A DNA stretch of 64,000 nt from a virus. Location of the stretch: positions 1 to 64,000 of the IMG/VR virus record IMGVR_UViG_3300035670_011119, one strand, 5' to 3'. The notes under the pieces are model-generated. The model saw nothing but the letters and a program-made list of their open reading frames with translations. It searched no databases and had not been told where the DNA came from. Made by a program: the position numbers and the translations under genes. This document shows positions 60,177-64,000 of the stretch, piece after piece; position 1 is the first letter of the stretch, and each line of letters begins with the position of its first letter.

Positions 60177-60806
60177 TTAAATTCCTAGTAGACTATATCC
60201 ACCATCAATAATAATATTTTGTCCAGTTATACTTTTGTTTTGTTTGAGAAAAAAAACACAAATATCAGCTATATCTTGAGGTATTGTTATGCCAAGAGGT
60301 ATTTTTTCTTGTAGTTCATTAATTCTATTTTGTGTATTATTTTTTATTGTCATTGGCGTTAGAACAAAACCAGGAGAAATCATATTAACTTTAATTTTAT
60401 TTGATGCCATTTCTAATGCTAGTGTTTTAATAGCGCCGAGCATGGCATGTTTAGACATGGTATATGCTAGTCTACCTATTTTTGTAGATGTCGAATATAG
60501 TGATCCTATAGCTAAGATATTTGCTCCTTGATTGAAGCTTAGAGATTTGCATAAAGATACAAAACCAAAACAATTTATTTGCATTGTTTCTTTGATATTT
60601 TCTATACTTAAATTATTATATTCACAAGGATTATTAATTCCAGCACAATATATTAGTCCATTAATATTATTAGCATTAAAACAAATATCAGATTTAAGAT
60701 CGTGGATTTGTCTATTTAAAGATATTATGTCGAACCCAGCCGCAATACAAGAGGATTGTATACTTGATCCTATACCACCAGATGAGCCAGTAATAATTAT
60801 AGACAT
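60177..60806 (-). CDS. Short-chain dehydrogenase/reductase
   Basis: ITGSSGGIG, CAGIN, YTMSK, VNMISPGFV.T.M, ITGQNIIIDGG. Confidence 0.9.
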   Translation of the reverse strand: MSIIITGSSGGIGSSIQSSCIAAGFDIISLNRQIHDLKSDICFNANNINGLIYCAGINNPCEYNNLSIENIKETMQINCFGFVSLCKSLSFNQGANILAIGSLYSTSTKIGRLAYTMSKHAMLGAIKTLALEMASNKIKVNMISPGFVLTPMTIKNNTQNRINELQEKIPLGITIPQDIADICVFFLKQNKSITGQNIIIDGGYSLLGI

Positions 60807-62554
60807 TAAAAACTTTCAGAAATGAACATATCTGTCAAAGATCCAGGTATAATTTTGCCATCCTTGTCGATACCACGATGCGTTACTTTTGGTTCGTGTC
60901 TTTCTTTTGGGTGTGTGAACACCTCGATCACACACGGTTTATTATATTGTTTGGCTGCGGTTAGGCAATCAACAATTTCACTATTATCTGATATTGAGTA
61001 ATATTTGATATCAAAAGCATTAGCAATAGATTTTATATTAGGTATTGACACGCCATTTTCTGGACCACTCGCAAATTCTTGTCCTTTAAAAAAAGATTCC
61101 TGTGTTAGTTTTATAGATAGATATCCCTGATTATTTATTATTATTATCGCTATTGGTAGTTCATGATGCTTTATGGTTTGTAATTCTTGAAGATTCATCA
61201 TAATACTACCATCACCTTCTATGCATATGGTTTTGCTTTTATTTTTTGCTATACAAGCACCTATGCTCGATGGTAATCCGTATCCCATGCTTGCGCATCC
61301 GACATTTGTAAAAAGTTTTTGATTAGTATGTAGTCTATAGGACTGTAGTGTAATAACATGTGCGCTACCATTACTAGTAACTATTGTTTCAGTATCCCAT
61401 ATCTCTTTTGCTAGATGTATTAAATAGTAAAAACTAGCATAGTTTTGTATATTTTTATGTTTAATGTGATAATATTCTTGTTGTTTTCTAATATTATTTA
61501 TCTGAGATAGCCATTCGATATTTGTTTTTATCTTTCTAGAATCATTAGAAATCGAGTCGAAAAACACATTAAGATCAGACACTATTGCTAAATCTATATC
61601 AAATGGATGTTTTTTGATTTCGTTATGATCTATATCCACCATAATTTTTTTAGAATTTGGCGAGAATTCTTTTGTATTATATCCGGTCATTTTTACAGGA
61701 ATTCTTGTTCCTAAACAAATTAACAGATCGGACTGTTGTACAATTTGATTGGATGTTAATTGTCCTAGAATACCTATTCTACCCATATAATGTTTATAAT
61801 TATTATCAATACAATCTATACCAGAGTGTGGGCCTGTTACTATTGGTAAATTATATTTATTTAGAAATTCTAATAGTTTTGTAGAAGTATTTGATAAACA
61901 AATACCATTACCTGTTATCACTAATGGTTTTTCGGCATTGCTTAATAATGTTAGGAATTGTTCTATATCAGAAATAGTGATGGATTTTTGTATGTATTCC
62001 TCTGTATATCTTTTACATTTGTCACAATCTATTATGGCTCCTTGTATATCTAATGGAATATCTATCCATACTGGTCCGGGTCTACCAGACATGCTAATTG
62101 TATATGCTTTTTCTAATTCATAATATATGTCGTATGGATCTAAAATTATTGTTGAATATTTTGTAATTGGTTTTACTAGATTTACAATATCAAATTCTTG
62201 ATCTCCTATTTGTCTACAACCAGTATTTTTAGATAGTTGCGATCTAGGAACTTGTCCAGAAATAAATAATCCAGGAATACTATCTGTCCACATACCCATA
62301 AGACCAGTTATGGTATTTGTACCTCCAGGACCTGTGGTGACTATGTTGGCACAAAGCTTGTTTGACTGTCTGTAATATCCTTCAGCAGCCATTGCTATTG
62401 ACTGTTCGTGATGAAAACAATATGTATTTAATTTATCTGAATGCGTTCTTAGGCTATCTACAAGATGTATACAGCCACCACCAGATATAGTAAATGCATC
62501 AGTAATATTTTTTTCTATTAAAAATTCTATAACGATATCAGATATTTTTTTCAT
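60806..62554 (-). CDS. Thiamine-diphosphate-dependent enzyme (acetolactate synthase/YerE-like)
   Basis: GGGCIHL, HHEQ...MAAEGY, TTGPGGTN, RQIG.QE, GRPGPVWIDIPLD, ASMGYGLP, GDGS..MNLQEL, NNQGY. Confidence 0.9.
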   Translation of the reverse strand: MKKISDIVIEFLIEKNITDAFTISGGGCIHLVDSLRTHSDKLNTYCFHHEQSIAMAAEGYYRQSNKLCANIVTTGPGGTNTITGLMGMWTDSIPGLFISGQVPRSQLSKNTGCRQIGDQEFDIVNLVKPITKYSTIILDPYDIYYELEKAYTISMSGRPGPVWIDIPLDIQGAIIDCDKCKRYTEEYIQKSITISDIEQFLTLLSNAEKPLVITGNGICLSNTSTKLLEFLNKYNLPIVTGPHSGIDCIDNNYKHYMGRIGILGQLTSNQIVQQSDLLICLGTRIPVKMTGYNTKEFSPNSKKIMVDIDHNEIKKHPFDIDLAIVSDLNVFFDSISNDSRKIKTNIEWLSQINNIRKQQEYYHIKHKNIQNYASFYYLIHLAKEIWDTETIVTSNGSAHVITLQSYRLHTNQKLFTNVGCASMGYGLPSSIGACIAKNKSKTICIEGDGSIMMNLQELQTIKHHELPIAIIIINNQGYLSIKLTQESFFKGQEFASGPENGVSIPNIKSIANAFDIKYYSISDNSEIVDCLTAAKQYNKPCVIEVFTHPKERHEPKVTHRGIDKDGKIIPGSLTDMFISESF

Positions 62555-63624
62555 TGAATATCATTAACAGTGAGAGGTTGATCTTTTTTAAGGTCTCGTT
62601 TAGCGATACTATTGGTTTCTATAAAAGTTCTAGAAGATAGTTGATTAATTTCTGGCTGAAAAGGGATCGCACAATATAGATCAGATAGAGTGATACTATC
62701 TCCGGCACGAATATTTTTATTCAAATAAAGACCTCTATGTAATGATGTTAGATAATTCGTTTCTTTGTCGTCTATATTGCGTCTTTGTGATGAACTGACA
62801 CCACACATTTCTATTGCTTTACGATAAGCACAAAACCATTTATCTATTTGCTCGGGCAATGAGCAGTATTTACTAACTTCTTTTTGTTCATCATTTGGTC
62901 CATATGGTATATCTATATGTCTTTCCCATGTCCTAGCTCCTTTAGCATATGAAATCAGCATAGAAGAATACCAATCGCCATATTCATGAGTAGATAAGCC
63001 TATAATATGGTTAGGATATCTTTGTTTTAAATAATCGATTTGATGTAATTCTAGCTCATGATCTTCGCTTGGATATTTAGAAATACAGTGATTAATTGCT
63101 AAAGAAATATTTCTTTTTTCAAAGAATGTCACAACATCATCTATTTGTTTTTCGTTTGCTCCACCAGTTGATATTATAACGGGTTTTTTGGTTGATGCAA
63201 TTTTATTAAGTAAAACCCAGTCATTTATATCTGAACTAGCAACCTTTATTAAAGGTAAATCCATATCAACGCACCAATCGACAGAAGTCTCATCAAATGG
63301 CGTAGCCATTGGTAAACAATTTCTGTGTTTAATAAATTTTACTAATTCGTAAAATTTTTCATATGATAATTTAGTTCTGTTTGTTTTTTGAATGTATCTA
63401 GTTCTTTTGGAAAGATCAATAAGATTATTATCAATACCTTCCATAATAAAATTTTTATGTATAAACGTATCAATATCTCTAAACTGTAGTTTTATAGCTG
63501 CTTTAATATTATGTTTTCTAACAATGGCAGAGAATTGCTTAACTATATTTTTACCTCTTTCTAAGGAGCCCCAATGATTGTTTGCTAGCTCAAGCACGAA
63601 AAGATCATTAAATATATTATTCAT
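62551..63624 (-). CDS. NeuB-family PEP-dependent ulosonic acid synthase (with C-terminal SAF-like domain)
   Basis: ELANNHWGS, IKLQ, TPFD..SVD, KVASSD, KPVIISTGG, HC.S.YP, IGLSTHE, ERH. Confidence 0.88.
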   Translation of the reverse strand: MNNIFNDLFVLELANNHWGSLERGKNIVKQFSAIVRKHNIKAAIKLQFRDIDTFIHKNFIMEGIDNNLIDLSKRTRYIQKTNRTKLSYEKFYELVKFIKHRNCLPMATPFDETSVDWCVDMDLPLIKVASSDINDWVLLNKIASTKKPVIISTGGANEKQIDDVVTFFEKRNISLAINHCISKYPSEDHELELHQIDYLKQRYPNHIIGLSTHEYGDWYSSMLISYAKGARTWERHIDIPYGPNDEQKEVSKYCSLPEQIDKWFCAYRKAIEMCGVSSSQRRNIDDKETNYLTSLHRGLYLNKNIRAGDSITLSDLYCAIPFQPEINQLSSRTFIETNSIAKRDLKKDQPLTVNDIQ

Positions 63625-63920
63625 ATATGTTTCCAGTCTTTGGTATTAATATTTTTATCATCTATAAATAGATCATAATACGGCTTACCAAATTTAATTT
63701 GATGGTATTTAACACCCCATTTAGCAAATTGTTCTTTAGTAACTTCTGACCAATCTATACCACTCTTTGTTCCTCTTGCTGTCCAATATACAATAGTATG
63801 TCCGTCTTCATACAGAGCGTTGGCTTTTTTGATATTATCAACTATTGGTATACTATCATTATAGTCTGGCTTGTTAGGACTATAACAAATAGTATCATCT
63901 ATATCTATATATATTACCAT
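63621..63920 (-). CDS. Small HAD-superfamily phosphatase (capsule-biosynthesis type)
   Basis: DIDDTIC, YWTARG, GKP..DLFIDDK. Confidence 0.85.
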   Translation of the reverse strand: MVIYIDIDDTICYSPNKPDYNDSIPIVDNIKKANALYEDGHTIVYWTARGTKSGIDWSEVTKEQFAKWGVKYHQIKFGKPYYDLFIDDKNINTKDWKHI

Positions 63921-64000
63921 ATAAATTTATCTTTATAATAATTAACTATGTTAGACAATTCTAGATCAAAGTTTTTAGTTGGGGACCAACCCAAAGCTCT
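63914..64000 (-). CDS. C-terminal end of an NAD-dependent epimerase/dehydratase (RmlB-like), truncated by the window edge
   Basis: Translates RALGWSPTKNFDLELSNIVNYYKDKFIW*, the typical LGW.P...F...L...V..Y terminus; overlaps the HAD start. Confidence 0.6.
   Translation of the reverse strand, partial: RALGWSPTKNFDLELSNIVNYYKDKFIW

Noticed and set aside
59153-62554. aroB and ilvB as amino-acid biosynthesis auxiliary genes
   Set aside because: No other shikimate or branched-chain genes and no ilvN/ilvH are present; the context is entirely nucleotide-sugar enzymes, so gene symbols were withheld.
33828-63577. Short + strand ORFs opposite the - strand operon (e.g. 39107-39532, 35851-36222)
   Set aside because: They lie antisense to well-supported genes and show no independent coding signals.
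1-64000. Stop-codon reassignment, tRNA/rRNA genes, DGR or integrase
   Set aside because: Code-11 ORFs tile the window almost completely, with TAA, TAG and TGA all used as stops. Intergenic gaps are short with no cloverleaf seen, and no reverse transcriptase or recombinase motifs were recognised.

Overview
This AT-rich window looks like part of a large (probably jumbo-type) tailed dsDNA phage genome in the standard genetic code, arranged as two convergent arms. The + strand (1-31226) is a virion/tail module. It has a giant tape-measure-like protein that is open from the window start, a GxxN-repeat tail fibre, three large putative baseplate/tail proteins (the last very Cys-rich) and a small Cys-rich DUF6171-like protein. 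The - strand (31232-64000) carries replication and recombination genes: SSB, an intein-less split DnaE with a DnaQ-like exonuclease between the halves, a Cas4/AddB-like nuclease, primase, DnaB, RecA and a putative SSAP. It also has nucleotide-metabolism genes (dNMP kinase, NrdA/NrdB, dCMP deaminase, MazG-like, PhoH), a block of glycosyltransferases and degenerate sugar enzymes, and a sugar-biosynthesis cassette (RmlB-like end, HAD, NeuB-like, ThDP enzyme, SDR, DHQS-like cyclase, FGGY kinase, epimerase, GT2). Three observations stand out. (1) The tape-measure-like protein carries unrelated cargo domains (HExxH zinc peptidase, GNAT-like, HPD J-domain), each bounded by repeated (F)xxGG motifs, suggesting an injected effector polyprotein. 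(2) DnaE is split at the palm/fingers junction with no intein. (3) The phage may encode a pathway to a branched or carbocyclic higher-carbon sugar. All annotations come from reading motifs by eye; no searches were run.
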